Shown here piece after piece: positions 38,468 to 49,041 of a DNA stretch of 64,000 nucleotides. Below the pieces are notes generated by a model, which was not told the origin of the DNA, did no database searches, and saw only the letters and a program-made list of their open reading frames with translations. A program made the position numbers and the translations under genes. Position 1 is the first letter of the stretch. Each line of letters begins with the position of its first letter. The DNA is from a virus: positions 32,001-96,000 of IMG/VR virus record IMGVR_UViG_3300020473_000020; one strand, 5' to 3'.

Positions 38468-39523
38468 TTAACTCTTACGAATAAGCTGCGGCATGTCTTT
38501 CAAGATAGCGTTAGCACGTTTGATTAACGCGTCACCGTCAAGCGTTTCTTTACGACTAGCTTGTTCGTCTAGATGCTCGGCCAGTTTGTTAACCATCGTT
38601 TCAACCATCTTCGTCATGTCAACGTACTCGATAGTCTCAGAAGCCGTATCACCTGATACACGTGGCGTCATGTTGATGTTTGAGTTAGCTAACGTTTGAC
38701 GGCCTTTAATCGCTTTCGCGACAACCTTATCATAACGAGCGTTCTTACGAGATACTTCGTTACGTGGTAGGCTCGTGACGCCCATGATAGCGCCTAAGCT
38801 CTTTTGTAACCACTTATACAAGTTCAGTGCCTCGTCGTAGCTAAAAAAGTTACCCGTCGTTACGTGGTCGCGTACCATGCTTAGCGCCATAGACGTTGAC
38901 ATGGCTGAGTATAAACCAAGCAGTAAGTGAGCAATGCCTTTGGCGTAATCTTCGTGAATCGAGCTTACAGGTGTGTCTAAATTGATGTTATCAATATTAG
39001 CCATGTTGTAGCGTACAAGCGTAGCCGAATCTAGCGTAGCCATGAGCGCCGCAACGATTGAGCTATCTAGCGATTCAGCGGTGTCCATCAAGACGTCATA
39101 ACGTAGCTTGAAATTGGCTGGATTAAAGCCTGTACCTAGCACATGACCTGATAAGTCACCAACGAGGTTATCCATATTCGTGTTAGACGTTACGGTGGCG
39201 TTATAGATACCACCCGCAGCGGCTGCGTTATTAGCACCTACACCACCTGCGCTCTGACTATCCATAGACACCTTGCCTGACCCATCCGTTTTAAGCATGG
39301 AAGGCGTGATACGGTAAACAAGGTCGTTAGGCGAAAAGCCTAACAACTCTGCTGCACGATTTAAGTGGTAGCGTGTTAACGAATAACAGCCAGTGCGCTC
39401 ACGCGCACCCACTAAGTCTGACTTTTTCATGCCAAAGATATTGGCAAGGTCTGTTCTTGTTAGTAGCGGATCTTCACCTTTTTCAATCAGTGACGCCGCT
39501 ACACTAAAACCATTAATTAACAT
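38468..39523 (-). CDS. hypothetical protein of the AAA/VWA operon
   Basis: 351 aa ORF between AAA and VWA genes. Confidence 0.65.
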   Translation of the reverse strand: MLINGFSVAASLIEKGEDPLLTRTDLANIFGMKKSDLVGARERTGCYSLTRYHLNRAAELLGFSPNDLVYRITPSMLKTDGSGKVSMDSQSAGGVGANNAAAAGGIYNATVTSNTNMDNLVGDLSGHVLGTGFNPANFKLRYDVLMDTAESLDSSIVAALMATLDSATLVRYNMANIDNINLDTPVSSIHEDYAKGIAHLLLGLYSAMSTSMALSMVRDHVTTGNFFSYDEALNLYKWLQKSLGAIMGVTSLPRNEVSRKNARYDKVVAKAIKGRQTLANSNINMTPRVSGDTASETIEYVDMTKMVETMVNKLAEHLDEQASRKETLDGDALIKRANAILKDMPQLIRKS

Positions 39524-39536
39524 TGTCTAGTACCCC

Positions 39537-42500
39537 TTATTTCCAGACATCACGAAGCAAGCGTGAATAGCGAGAAAACGCTTGAATCATGTCTTTATTC
39601 ACGAGCTGTTGCTGGCGTTCAGACACTGACAGGCTCACATCACTGTCAATCACAACTGATGGATCAATGTTCATTGACGTAAGCGTATCTCGAAGATTTT
39701 GAGATACTTTCGCTGACACCTTGTCTTCATCGGCTAGTACGCCCATCGAGCGCGTATTAGCAATACCAGCCATAACGATTTGTGTATCAGTGAAATCGTG
39801 TGAGTCGTCCGACGCAAGCGCTGACGGAGAACGTAACAAGTCTAAAGCTTGCAGCTGATCGACTTCTTTTGTACCGCCCTGTTTAACGAACGTTGCTTCG
39901 TAATTGATTTGTGCGAAGGTTGCACTGTGTACAAGGTCATCTTCTGAAAGGTTCGCTAGTGCACCTAAGTTACCTGCTCCCTCATCACCCATAAAGGCTG
40001 TTGGGCGAGCAGGGGTACCGTCCATCGTGACTTGAGCAACAGCTAGTGCGATACGGCGTAGCTGATCACCCTCAAGTCCAATAACGGAAGGTGTTTCAAC
40101 AATAGGTATCTCAAGCAGCTGCTGATGAGGTGCCGCGATAACATCTTCTACGCGTAACGTAATAGCAACACCATATCGGTTGCCCTTGTACACAAGGTCT
40201 AGGAACCAGTCTGGATTCTCTTTTGCTGCTTCTGTATTACGTGATGCGTTATCAATGCGAGAAAGTGGCAATACATCTTTTAGGTGAAGTGCATAAGCTT
40301 TAGATGACTTACCGATAATGGTTGTGCCCGCGTAGTTGCCTTTACCTTGATCAAAACGATGTAGCGTGTTGTAGTCAGGGTAGATATGGCCATCGTGTGC
40401 GTTGACACTGCCTAAAGACATAAGCTCGAAGCGTTTATTATCTTCAAAGAAGCGGCCAACGGCGTCGATTGTTGAGCGGCCACGCGCTTCCATCATAACA
40501 CCAAGGAGTGCTGCGGCCTGTAGTGGGCTGATACCCTTATCGGCTAGGTAGTTCGTTGCGTCTTTAACCGTTTTGAAATCGCCATTCCATGAGAAGGACT
40601 TAGCGTTTTCATTAGTGACAGCTTTCTTGTAGACGTCGGTACCCGATGAAATAGCAGGTAGCACTACCGTTTCGATTGCATCTGCATTATCTAGGCGTTC
40701 GCCAATTGAACTTGCGAAAGACTTAAAGATAAGGCTTGTTGCCGTAATGACCTTTGGCACTTCGAGCATATCTACAACTAGCTTGTTTAGTGTCTCTACT
40801 GCTTTTTCTGCACCTGACACTTTGTTACGGTAGTCGTTTAAGAACATTGAGATACGAGCGTCCGTGATAGGGCGCGCTGCCGCTAATGGATGGCCGTTGT
40901 ATACGTTCTTCAATCGTAATAAATGAGCTGCCGATGGTTTGAGGTCTGGATTTTGCGCCAGTGTGTCCTCAAGAAGACGGATGAATAGCTCATTAAAGTC
41001 GAGTGTCGTCTCTGAGGCTACCATTGCCATGTGGCGGTTAATTAGACCTTCAAGCTCTTCATCACTGGCCGACTCGTTGAAAAGTTCAAGTGGCTCAAAG
41101 CCTGCTACCTGTGCGGCCGCTACCGATTTCTCAACATAGAATTGTTCTAGTGCTTCGCCAACAACGTCTTTGGCGTAGTCAGGTACGATACCTGCGTATG
41201 TAAGCTGAACGCTCGCATCGTCTAGCGTGTTCTCAATTTCTTCGATCACGGCTTGGCAGCGGAACATAAAGCTGTTCAGGTTTCCGAACTGGTCTTTAAG
41301 GCGGCTAATCGTCTCCATATCACCGTTCGTGATGCTGATACATACATCACGGATAGCATTGAAGATGTCTTTTGCGGCCACTGTTGAGGTGTTCGGTAGT
41401 TCAAGTGCCGTGTGTAAACCTGTCGACTTTAACTCACGTAAAGGGTAGCCCATGTTCGGGTCTTCTTTAAACAAGATAAGGTCAGGGTTTTCACTTACTG
41501 CAATGAATGCCTGTGCCTGTGCTAATACAGGGTCTGCACCACCTGCGGCAACGGCCGCTTCGCTTAATGCAATGTTTGCATAAACGTAAGGGTGGTTTGT
41601 TACCATCATATTGTGCAACGCTTGAAGAGTACGCATTGTGAATACTGGGCTGGCTAGGCCGCCTTCGTTTTCATCGTCGTAGTCATCACCGCCCATTTCG
41701 TCATAAGGCGTGTTAAGCAGCTCCATTAGGGTCTCAGCACCCATCTTTTCAGCAACGTAATGCGCAGCTGGCAGTTCGGTCTCTAAGTACTCAATGAATT
41801 GCTCAGTATCACGCAATGAGACTTCACGTGTAATTTTAGTCGCGAAACGGTGTAGCGTTGCCGTATCAATTGGTGCAGCATCAAACGTTGAACCCATAGA
41901 GCCTGACTCTGCGTCAAAACCTTCTGAGTCATCGTAGTTACCTGCTGCAATTACTGAGTAATTGATGCCAGATAAGTCACAACCAAAGAGACGAGAATCT
42001 GAGATCGCTTCAAACACGGCTGACTGTACTACTGGTGTACAACGGTTGATCTCATCGAAAACAAGTACAAGACGTTTGCCTTCTTCTTGTGATTCGCGGA
42101 TCGCGTCAAGCTGGTCTTGAAGCTGTTTGTTCGGGATGTAGCTCGTTGTCTGATGTGGTACATCGCCATTTTGTTTCACTTCGGCTTCAAATGCTTCAAA
42201 CAGTGGTGATGTAACCGCCGCCATTTTTGCGTTCAGCGCATCTTCTTTCGAGGCAGCGCCTTTCTCTTTAAAGCCAAAGCCAAATGCTTCGCGTAGGAAT
42301 GGAGCAGGGCGTGGGAAACCACCCACGTTTACACGGTCAGTACTTGAAAGGTCAATGCGGATGGCTTCGTCATCGTTTTTCTTAATGGCCTGATTGATAC
42401 CAGCTGTTTTAGCGATACCCATACGGCCTAAAAGCATTAACGGTAGACCCGCACGATAAGTGTGGTCAATGAAGCTTTCTGAATCCGTCGTCGTGATGTC

Positions 42501-43967
42501 AACTTCAATGCCTGAGCTTTCTAACCAGCGAAGTACGCCACCTGCTGTGGTTGCACCTAGGATGCCAGAAATTACTTGTCGGTACGGTAGCTCGTTATTC
42601 TCAAGACACCATGCTAGATACGTCATTGTATCTTCCCAACCACGGAACGTAGGGAATTTGCCGTCGCCATCCATCGCACTGATGTCGTGCAGTGATTGCT
42701 GGTCGAAACCAAAACGGGCTAGTTCTTGTAGCTGAGGGTGCTTTTGAACGGCCTCTAATTCAACGAGATAGTCGAAAGCGCCTTTTTGTATGCTTGGGTC
42801 ACTAGAACTCACTACATACGGGATAAAGCGGTCTACTTTTGCAACGTCATCAACGTTTTGAACTAGGTAGATTAGTTTTTCGTATTGCTCTGGGTCTAGC
42901 TCGTCGAGCTTATCCATTTCAACAGGTAAGTTCGCAGCGGCTAGCTTAGGCGCAATAGAAATATCGTAGTCATTTAACGCGTGGCCATTGATCATAACCA
43001 TTAACTGGTTCATCACTTCTTTAGGCGTACGGTTAATTTCATCGAAGAACATGACAGGCGTCTTCGCATATTCGCGTAGGCGCGCTTCAAATTCTTTGTC
43101 GCTTTCGCTTACGGTTACTTCACCCGAGTCGATACGTTGAACCATTGAACGGCATGACTCAACAAATGGCGTCGTACACGTCAGTAATTCAAGTTTAGGT
43201 GAGTCCGTCCAGCGCTCATTCATTTGAGAAAGCAATGAACCGTCTGAACCGTCAGTCTCTGAGGTCAGTGTGATCATACCCAGCATGTCCATCTTATCGA
43301 AGAACGCTGCACGGATGTCGACTAGACGGTAACCCCAATCGCCTGCTGCTTCGTTAGCGCTTGAGTTTAGCTCTTTAATAACAGACTTAACTGATGCAGA
43401 TTTGGAAATACCTGAGTGACCAATTAGAAGTGGTGCCTTGTTCACTTTCTTGGCATCAAAGCCCACAATCGACGTCTTAATCACATTGCTGATATTCGAA
43501 ACCGTACGGAAGCGGTTTAGCGGATTATCGGCGCGTGATTTAAGTGATTGTTTGTTTGAGGCGCGTGAGAAACGAGCTTCCATTAAATCTCCATCTTCTA
43601 ATAACTCTTCTGCAACCGTCTCGGGCTGAGTCATCGAAGCGAGGGCTAACACCTCTTCTGGGTCGGCTCCAAATACGCTGATGGCACGCTCGCGAGCGGC
43701 TTCTTCGTCAGTATAGACTGACACTGCGTATTCAGTTGAAGGATTTAGCTTCATGTAGGCACAGTGGAATGGCAAATCTTGCGCTGCACCCATGATGTAT
43801 ACTTCACCGTCAAACATCGCCAGCTCAGGGCGGCGTGCATGCGGTTCGATAAACGCAGGTACTTCACCATAGTTCTTTACCATGGTAGTTGCAACCTGCA
43901 TAAACTGTTCACTAACTACGCTGCGGTATTCTAACAGCGAAATAGTATCTCTAACAGACTTAAACAT
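39537..43967 (-). CDS. tandem MoxR/dynein-clade AAA+ ATPase (two AAA modules)
   Basis: GHSGISKS/FFDEINR/AAN/DRF and GRMGIAKT/VFDEINR/AGN/HRF. Confidence 0.85.
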   Translation of the reverse strand: MFKSVRDTISLLEYRSVVSEQFMQVATTMVKNYGEVPAFIEPHARRPELAMFDGEVYIMGAAQDLPFHCAYMKLNPSTEYAVSVYTDEEAARERAISVFGADPEEVLALASMTQPETVAEELLEDGDLMEARFSRASNKQSLKSRADNPLNRFRTVSNISNVIKTSIVGFDAKKVNKAPLLIGHSGISKSASVKSVIKELNSSANEAAGDWGYRLVDIRAAFFDKMDMLGMITLTSETDGSDGSLLSQMNERWTDSPKLELLTCTTPFVESCRSMVQRIDSGEVTVSESDKEFEARLREYAKTPVMFFDEINRTPKEVMNQLMVMINGHALNDYDISIAPKLAAANLPVEMDKLDELDPEQYEKLIYLVQNVDDVAKVDRFIPYVVSSSDPSIQKGAFDYLVELEAVQKHPQLQELARFGFDQQSLHDISAMDGDGKFPTFRGWEDTMTYLAWCLENNELPYRQVISGILGATTAGGVLRWLESSGIEVDITTTDSESFIDHTYRAGLPLMLLGRMGIAKTAGINQAIKKNDDEAIRIDLSSTDRVNVGGFPRPAPFLREAFGFGFKEKGAASKEDALNAKMAAVTSPLFEAFEAEVKQNGDVPHQTTSYIPNKQLQDQLDAIRESQEEGKRLVLVFDEINRCTPVVQSAVFEAISDSRLFGCDLSGINYSVIAAGNYDDSEGFDAESGSMGSTFDAAPIDTATLHRFATKITREVSLRDTEQFIEYLETELPAAHYVAEKMGAETLMELLNTPYDEMGGDDYDDENEGGLASPVFTMRTLQALHNMMVTNHPYVYANIALSEAAVAAGGADPVLAQAQAFIAVSENPDLILFKEDPNMGYPLRELKSTGLHTALELPNTSTVAAKDIFNAIRDVCISITNGDMETISRLKDQFGNLNSFMFRCQAVIEEIENTLDDASVQLTYAGIVPDYAKDVVGEALEQFYVEKSVAAAQVAGFEPLELFNESASDEELEGLINRHMAMVASETTLDFNELFIRLLEDTLAQNPDLKPSAAHLLRLKNVYNGHPLAAARPITDARISMFLNDYRNKVSGAEKAVETLNKLVVDMLEVPKVITATSLIFKSFASSIGERLDNADAIETVVLPAISSGTDVYKKAVTNENAKSFSWNGDFKTVKDATNYLADKGISPLQAAALLGVMMEARGRSTIDAVGRFFEDNKRFELMSLGSVNAHDGHIYPDYNTLHRFDQGKGNYAGTTIIGKSSKAYALHLKDVLPLSRIDNASRNTEAAKENPDWFLDLVYKGNRYGVAITLRVEDVIAAPHQQLLEIPIVETPSVIGLEGDQLRRIALAVAQVTMDGTPARPTAFMGDEGAGNLGALANLSEDDLVHSATFAQINYEATFVKQGGTKEVDQLQALDLLRSPSALASDDSHDFTDTQIVMAGIANTRSMGVLADEDKVSAKVSQNLRDTLTSMNIDPSVVIDSDVSLSVSERQQQLVNKDMIQAFSRYSRLLRDVWK

Positions 43968-43984
43968 TTATTTTCCCCTGCTTT

Positions 43985-44302
43985 TTACACCGCGCCTAAC
44001 AGGTCGCGATAGTGTAGTTCTTCCACTTGGCCAAGTAGCGTTTTGGCTTCTTCAAGTGTTTTACCATTTAGGGCAAATTTACCCATTTCTGCACGGAAGT
44101 CGCGCTTATAAATCCAAGCCTTTTTGTAATCTAGGCTTAGTTTTACTTGGCATTCCAACCGAATACTGGCTTGAACAGGCAGAGTGACGTTTGAAACTTT
44201 GCCAGCGACTACGCCTGCCTTAACTAGTTCCGCGCCTTCGCTTGGTTCTAGAAAAGTTACGCCGTCGAAGGTAAGTCTCGAAAGCACCTCAATTGCGCTC
44301 AT
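43985..44302 (-). CDS. hypothetical protein
   Basis: GAGGATGAG RBS. Confidence 0.6.
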   Translation of the reverse strand: MSAIEVLSRLTFDGVTFLEPSEGAELVKAGVVAGKVSNVTLPVQASIRLECQVKLSLDYKKAWIYKRDFRAEMGKFALNGKTLEEAKTLLGQVEELHYRDLLGAV

Positions 44303-44339
44303 ATTCTCATCCTCGTACGCACCATTACAGTGCTTGTTA

Positions 44340-44558
44340 TTAATCGTTCAACAACATTTCTGCTGTCAGGTTAGTTAAAACTGGCTGTTCGACTTCCGAA
44401 GGCTGGGCAGCTTCTGCAAGTGCTGCGCGTTGTGTCGTCAACGACTCGACAACAGCTCTAGACTTAGTACGCATACGTTGGTCACGTTCCATAAAGCGCT
44501 GCTTCGCTGATCGTGGGGCGTGCGTTTCTTGCACGTTTAAGAGTGCTGATAGACTCAT
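44340..44558 (-). CDS. small hypothetical protein
   Basis: GGAG RBS before MSLSALL. Confidence 0.55.
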   Translation of the reverse strand: MSLSALLNVQETHAPRSAKQRFMERDQRMRTKSRAVVESLTTQRAALAEAAQPSEVEQPVLTNLTAEMLLND

Positions 44559-44968
44559 AGCATTACTCCACAAGTAAATAAATTTACGTCTCTTGTACCT
44601 GCAAACAGGCACGGTTGTCTCAATCTCAATTCACTACCGTGATTGCAGGTAAAGCCCTAGAAAGTCACAGGTAAGTGAACTTATTGTACAACGCTACGGG
44701 GCAAAGAGAAAGCCAAAAGGGGTGGTGCGTGAGGTGGTGGGGTGCCAGATAAACGACAACCCGCACACATACGTGTAGCGGGTTGTTAATATATAATAAG
44801 ACTTTTAGTGTTAAAGCTAACCTTGTGCCCTTTAAGCCATTGTGACCTAAAGGTTTTGCTTATCTCGGTTTGCAGGAGCATAGTAGCAAAAACAGATCCC
44901 TGCTTCCACCCTTAATTCACTTATTTTCCTATGTTTTTGTACAATGCTTTCGAGGTCTTGTACACGAC

Positions 44969-45199
44969 CTAATTCGCGACATGCGGCTCGTGCATAAGGT
45001 AATCAGTGATCCATGTCGTGGCAGCCGTTAAAGTCTTAAACTTTAACCAATCACCGTCTGGCGTGACCGATGCGCAGCTATGCTCGCCAATTACTACAAA
45101 GTTGCCGTCTTCACCCCGAATACGGAAGATGCGTTCTTGCTTCGAGTACACATCCCAATGATGTGTATTGCGATGATAAAAGCTAAATGATTTGTTCAT
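44969..45199 (-). CDS. hypothetical protein
   Basis: 76 aa ORF with AGGT RBS. Confidence 0.55.
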   Translation of the reverse strand: MNKSFSFYHRNTHHWDVYSKQERIFRIRGEDGNFVVIGEHSCASVTPDGDWLKFKTLTAATTWITDYLMHEPHVAN

Positions 45200-45303
45200 G
45201 TATGTACCTGATTTTTTTGTCTAAAAATAAAACCCCAGACACTTGAAAGTGCCTAGGGGTTTGCTTTGTTTGTTAGTGCTTATTTACGCTAAAGCCCTTT
45301 ATT

Positions 45304-47907
45304 TTAGATGCCGCCCGAAATCTTGGCTCTCAGATTTGGTATAAAGTCAGCTGATGAGTATTCACCAATAACTTCTTGGGCTGCCCAGTGTGGACCTGCT
45401 TCGGCTTCTACTAGTAACGGCACGTTAATGAAGTCAAATTCAGACAAGCACATTAGCTCGGCAACAAACTCCACCGTGTCGATAACTTCGTCTTCTGGGC
45501 AGTAGAACGTAATATCATCGTGAATGTTTACCGCAGGTTGAATACCTTCTTTAACCATGCGGTTCATTGCATCTACTACGATGTCTGACGCTGTGCCCTG
45601 TACTGGCGAGTTAACGAGCTGGTTGTAGGAGAGGGGACCATGGCGTTTACGGCCTGTCATTGTTTGTACGTAACCATTGCGCTTATAGAAATCAACCATA
45701 CGCTCTTGGTAACGCTTAACCCCTGCGAACGTGTCCCAGAACTCGTCGTATAGCGGTTGGATTACGTCTGTAGGGATTTGCAGTGTACGCGCACAACTAA
45801 ACATACTTGAACCGAAGAACAGCGGGAATACCCATTGGTTTTTAACGTTACCACGGAACGTTTTTAACGCTTTCGGGTCATTTAGCTTATCTTCGCCGCC
45901 GATAACTTTAGGGTAGGCTTGAGAGATTTTCTTAGCCCATTCCATGTGAACGTCGTAGTTATCCCAAAGTGCCTTACAGAAGTTGACGTCGTGACTGATC
46001 ATACCCCACACACGTGCCTCTATTTGGCCATAATCCACTGACACAATGTGGTGCCCCTTCGGACAGTTAATACCCTCACGTACCTTCTTACCATCACCAC
46101 GCTTAGGGAAGTTTTGTGCATTCGGATCCGAACTAGAAAGACGGCCAGTACCTGTACGATAAAGGTTAAAGCTCGCGTGAAGCTTACCGTCATCATGGAC
46201 TAGCCCCTTTCGCTTACCCTTCTTGTCAGTCTCTTCGTTAGAGTACGTCCACGCGTCAACGTAAGTCGACATGATCTTCGTAAGCTTACGTAGTTTACGA
46301 ATAATACCTGCGCTCTCTAAGCCTGCATTTTCAAGCTTTTCCATCACGGTGTCATCGGTTGATGGCTTACGATTACCGAAGTTATCTTCAACCATAACCT
46401 CTGGGCGTTGCAGCATATCTTTATACAAGGCTAGAAGGTCTGCTGGTGATGAGTGTTGCAGCTTACCCTTACGTCGTCCGTACTTCTTATTGTACTTCTC
46501 GATCTCGTAAACGTTTTCTAGGTCTTCTTCTAACTCCGCAATGTTAGTAACGCATTCTTTACGGAACTCGGCTAGCCACTCGTTGTTAATGTTTAGACCA
46601 ACCTGCTGTGTACGGGCAAGTGTCGCGCAGCTTCGGATCAAGTGGCCATGAACCCATTCGGCGTCTTTGTCACCTTCAATCTTTGGCCACAGCTTTTGCT
46701 TCAACATGTATGTGTATTTGGTGTCCATACCGTTGTACAGTAGGAGCGTGCGCAGGTCGGCTTTTAGAACGTTACGCGTATCGACGTTAGTCAGTTCTTT
46801 TAAGCGGAAGCCTAAGTGTATTTGACACAGTGCATCTAGGTTTAGAACACCTTGGCGCACGTCAAGAACATAACCCATGGCCATCGTGTCATCCCAAGGC
46901 GTATTCAAGATATTATCGCCGTAGAAGTAGCTTAGCCATTCTTGCTCAAACGGTAAGTTATGGGCGATTTTGCTTGTCTTCTTGCGACGGAAGAAACGAC
47001 GCAGTGCCTTCTCAATACGCTCGCGTTGGTTCGTGTTCCAACCCATAGGGTGGTAAACAGGAAAGGCAATGGTGTGCTTATCCGTTCCGATTGCGATAGT
47101 CACGACCTTACTTGCTTTTGAGTACGGACGTAGGCGAGTGGTCTCAATATCCACGCCGACCTCTGGCCATGTGCCCATTTCTTCCAATACCTCTTCGACA
47201 CGGTCAACCTCTGAGTCGGTTTGACCCATGATGATCTCAATATTGTCCTCATAGCCCGAGATAATCGGTTTAGGTGGGTTCTCAGCAAAGTCACCACGCT
47301 GAATGCCACGGCTAAAGCGCTTAATGTCCTGCAAGAATGCACGCTCATACTCGTTTATTTCTTTCTGTCGGTCACGACGTGTACTTGCAACATAATCGAC
47401 TGAGTAAAGCGGGAAGTACCAGAAGCTATGGCCTTTGTAATGGCACAGAACCTGACGCCCGCGCCATGCTTGCACGTCGCCTTCACCTAAAAAGTGCTTT
47501 AGCGGCGCATAGCCTAAACCAAGTACATACGTTGGCTTTTGTTTAAGGAAGTCCTCATCAAAGCGCGAACGACAGGCAATACCTGCATTAGCAGCTTCGT
47601 CGTTATCTGGCGTAGCCCCTTGTACAAGCGCATGGATTGTGATCTTTTTCTTGAGCCAGCCTGACGGGAAGGCGCTCTTGAGTTGTTGCCACTTAGAGCC
47701 TGTTAGGAACTCACCTGAGCGTTCATCAGTTACTGATGGACGGTCAACAATTAAGGCAATGTCGTTGTCTAGCTCGCCCGTGCAGGTCATCTGCTCGCAC
47801 GTGTCTTTCAATGGGCATACATGACAGCCGCCCTTGCCTAGGGTGCGCATAGGTACTTTCTTGTCAATGCGCTTCTTCTTTCTTTGACCAAAAAATGAAC
47901 CAGCCAC
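45304..47907 (-). CDS. polA: family A DNA polymerase with N-terminal UDG-like and 3'-5' exonuclease domains
   Basis: DIETT, HNLPFE, YNGMD, TGRLSSSDPNAQNFP, DYGQIEARV, NSPVQGTASD, IHDD. Confidence 0.92.
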   Translation of the reverse strand: MAGSFFGQRKKKRIDKKVPMRTLGKGGCHVCPLKDTCEQMTCTGELDNDIALIVDRPSVTDERSGEFLTGSKWQQLKSAFPSGWLKKKITIHALVQGATPDNDEAANAGIACRSRFDEDFLKQKPTYVLGLGYAPLKHFLGEGDVQAWRGRQVLCHYKGHSFWYFPLYSVDYVASTRRDRQKEINEYERAFLQDIKRFSRGIQRGDFAENPPKPIISGYEDNIEIIMGQTDSEVDRVEEVLEEMGTWPEVGVDIETTRLRPYSKASKVVTIAIGTDKHTIAFPVYHPMGWNTNQRERIEKALRRFFRRKKTSKIAHNLPFEQEWLSYFYGDNILNTPWDDTMAMGYVLDVRQGVLNLDALCQIHLGFRLKELTNVDTRNVLKADLRTLLLYNGMDTKYTYMLKQKLWPKIEGDKDAEWVHGHLIRSCATLARTQQVGLNINNEWLAEFRKECVTNIAELEEDLENVYEIEKYNKKYGRRKGKLQHSSPADLLALYKDMLQRPEVMVEDNFGNRKPSTDDTVMEKLENAGLESAGIIRKLRKLTKIMSTYVDAWTYSNEETDKKGKRKGLVHDDGKLHASFNLYRTGTGRLSSSDPNAQNFPKRGDGKKVREGINCPKGHHIVSVDYGQIEARVWGMISHDVNFCKALWDNYDVHMEWAKKISQAYPKVIGGEDKLNDPKALKTFRGNVKNQWVFPLFFGSSMFSCARTLQIPTDVIQPLYDEFWDTFAGVKRYQERMVDFYKRNGYVQTMTGRKRHGPLSYNQLVNSPVQGTASDIVVDAMNRMVKEGIQPAVNIHDDITFYCPEDEVIDTVEFVAELMCLSEFDFINVPLLVEAEAGPHWAAQEVIGEYSSADFIPNLRAKISGGI

Positions 47908-47910
47908 GAC

Positions 47911-49041
47911 TTACTCCACCGAAATAATGTGAGTGATGTAGTCGCCGTTTCTGAACACGATAACATTACCGCTTGCCCAGTGGCCTTCTTCTAGGATCTT
48001 AGCTGCGCGAAGCACATAGTTAGGGTTCACCATGATTTCAACATCAGGGGCTAAGCCTCCCACCCAGCGGTCGCTCAAGTCTTGCTGCTGTGTATCTTGT
48101 GATAGTACTGCTTCACTTTCTTTAGAGCCTTCGCTAATGCTCAGTGTCTCTTGAGTCTGGTGCTTGTTAACTGCGATCTTGTGCACACCTGCGGCACGCG
48201 TGAAGATAGCGCGTAGGTCGTCATCAACCTCAAACCATTCATCTTCTTTCGTTTCAGGCATTGCCTCGTCGAACACGTCTTCATAAGGCATGATGTCTGC
48301 GTCAGGTAGTTCTACCATTAACCAGCCGTAGTCCTCGCCGAAGTTACAGTGCAGGTAGGTCTCGCCGAAGCTCAGTTTTACCTTGCCGTTGTGGTCTTCA
48401 AAGAAGTGCTTGTACAACTTTAAGAACTGCTTACAGAAATCGTTGGGCAATAATACAAGGTCATTCTCGTAGTCGCCTTTCGGTGGACATTTCGCACCAT
48501 TGATGACTGCACGTGTCAGCGTCTGGTCATCTGTACTATAAAGCGTTAGTGGCTCACCTTCGCGCATTGAAAGTGCAACCGAGCCAAACACATCAAAAAA
48601 GTATTGTGTGTCGATGCTCAGCATTGCTGAGGCGAGGGCTTCTGAGAAAGCCATATCGACTTCCATGGTAAACACAGCATCGTCAGTTAGGCTATCAACA
48701 GTTAACACGAACTCTTCGGCAGGGTGGGTTACAAACGCCATCTTAGAGCGGCCATGCTTCAAAACTAGGTTGCCATCGTTCTCCACGAATGACACTTCCT
48801 CTGCTCGGATAGTGCTCACACATTTGTTAAGGGCGTTACCAGCTATTGCTGCTGAGAAAGAAGTATCAAGGGCTACGCCAATTGAAATGAAATCGTTATA
48901 TGCAAAAACGCAGTCGCCAGTAAAGCAATAGCTTTGCATGATCGGAAGGATGTTATTCAGGCTTAGTGCAGGTTTTACCAGCTGCAAAGCCTCTTGCAGA
49001 TCATCTGTTCTACAGGTCATATTGTTTCTCTTTAGTATCAA
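47911..49041 (-). CDS. beta sliding clamp-like protein
   Basis: 376 aa; ALSLNNILPI, F..HPAEEF, LYSTD; adjacent to the polymerase. Confidence 0.7.
   Translation of the reverse strand: MILKRNNMTCRTDDLQEALQLVKPALSLNNILPIMQSYCFTGDCVFAYNDFISIGVALDTSFSAAIAGNALNKCVSTIRAEEVSFVENDGNLVLKHGRSKMAFVTHPAEEFVLTVDSLTDDAVFTMEVDMAFSEALASAMLSIDTQYFFDVFGSVALSMREGEPLTLYSTDDQTLTRAVINGAKCPPKGDYENDLVLLPNDFCKQFLKLYKHFFEDHNGKVKLSFGETYLHCNFGEDYGWLMVELPDADIMPYEDVFDEAMPETKEDEWFEVDDDLRAIFTRAAGVHKIAVNKHQTQETLSISEGSKESEAVLSQDTQQQDLSDRWVGGLAPDVEIMVNPNYVLRAAKILEEGHWASGNVIVFRNGDYITHIISVE

Noticed and set aside
45304-47907. DpoZ / 2-aminoadenine genome
   Set aside because: No purZ, datZ or mazZ is visible in this window; the motif changes alone are insufficient
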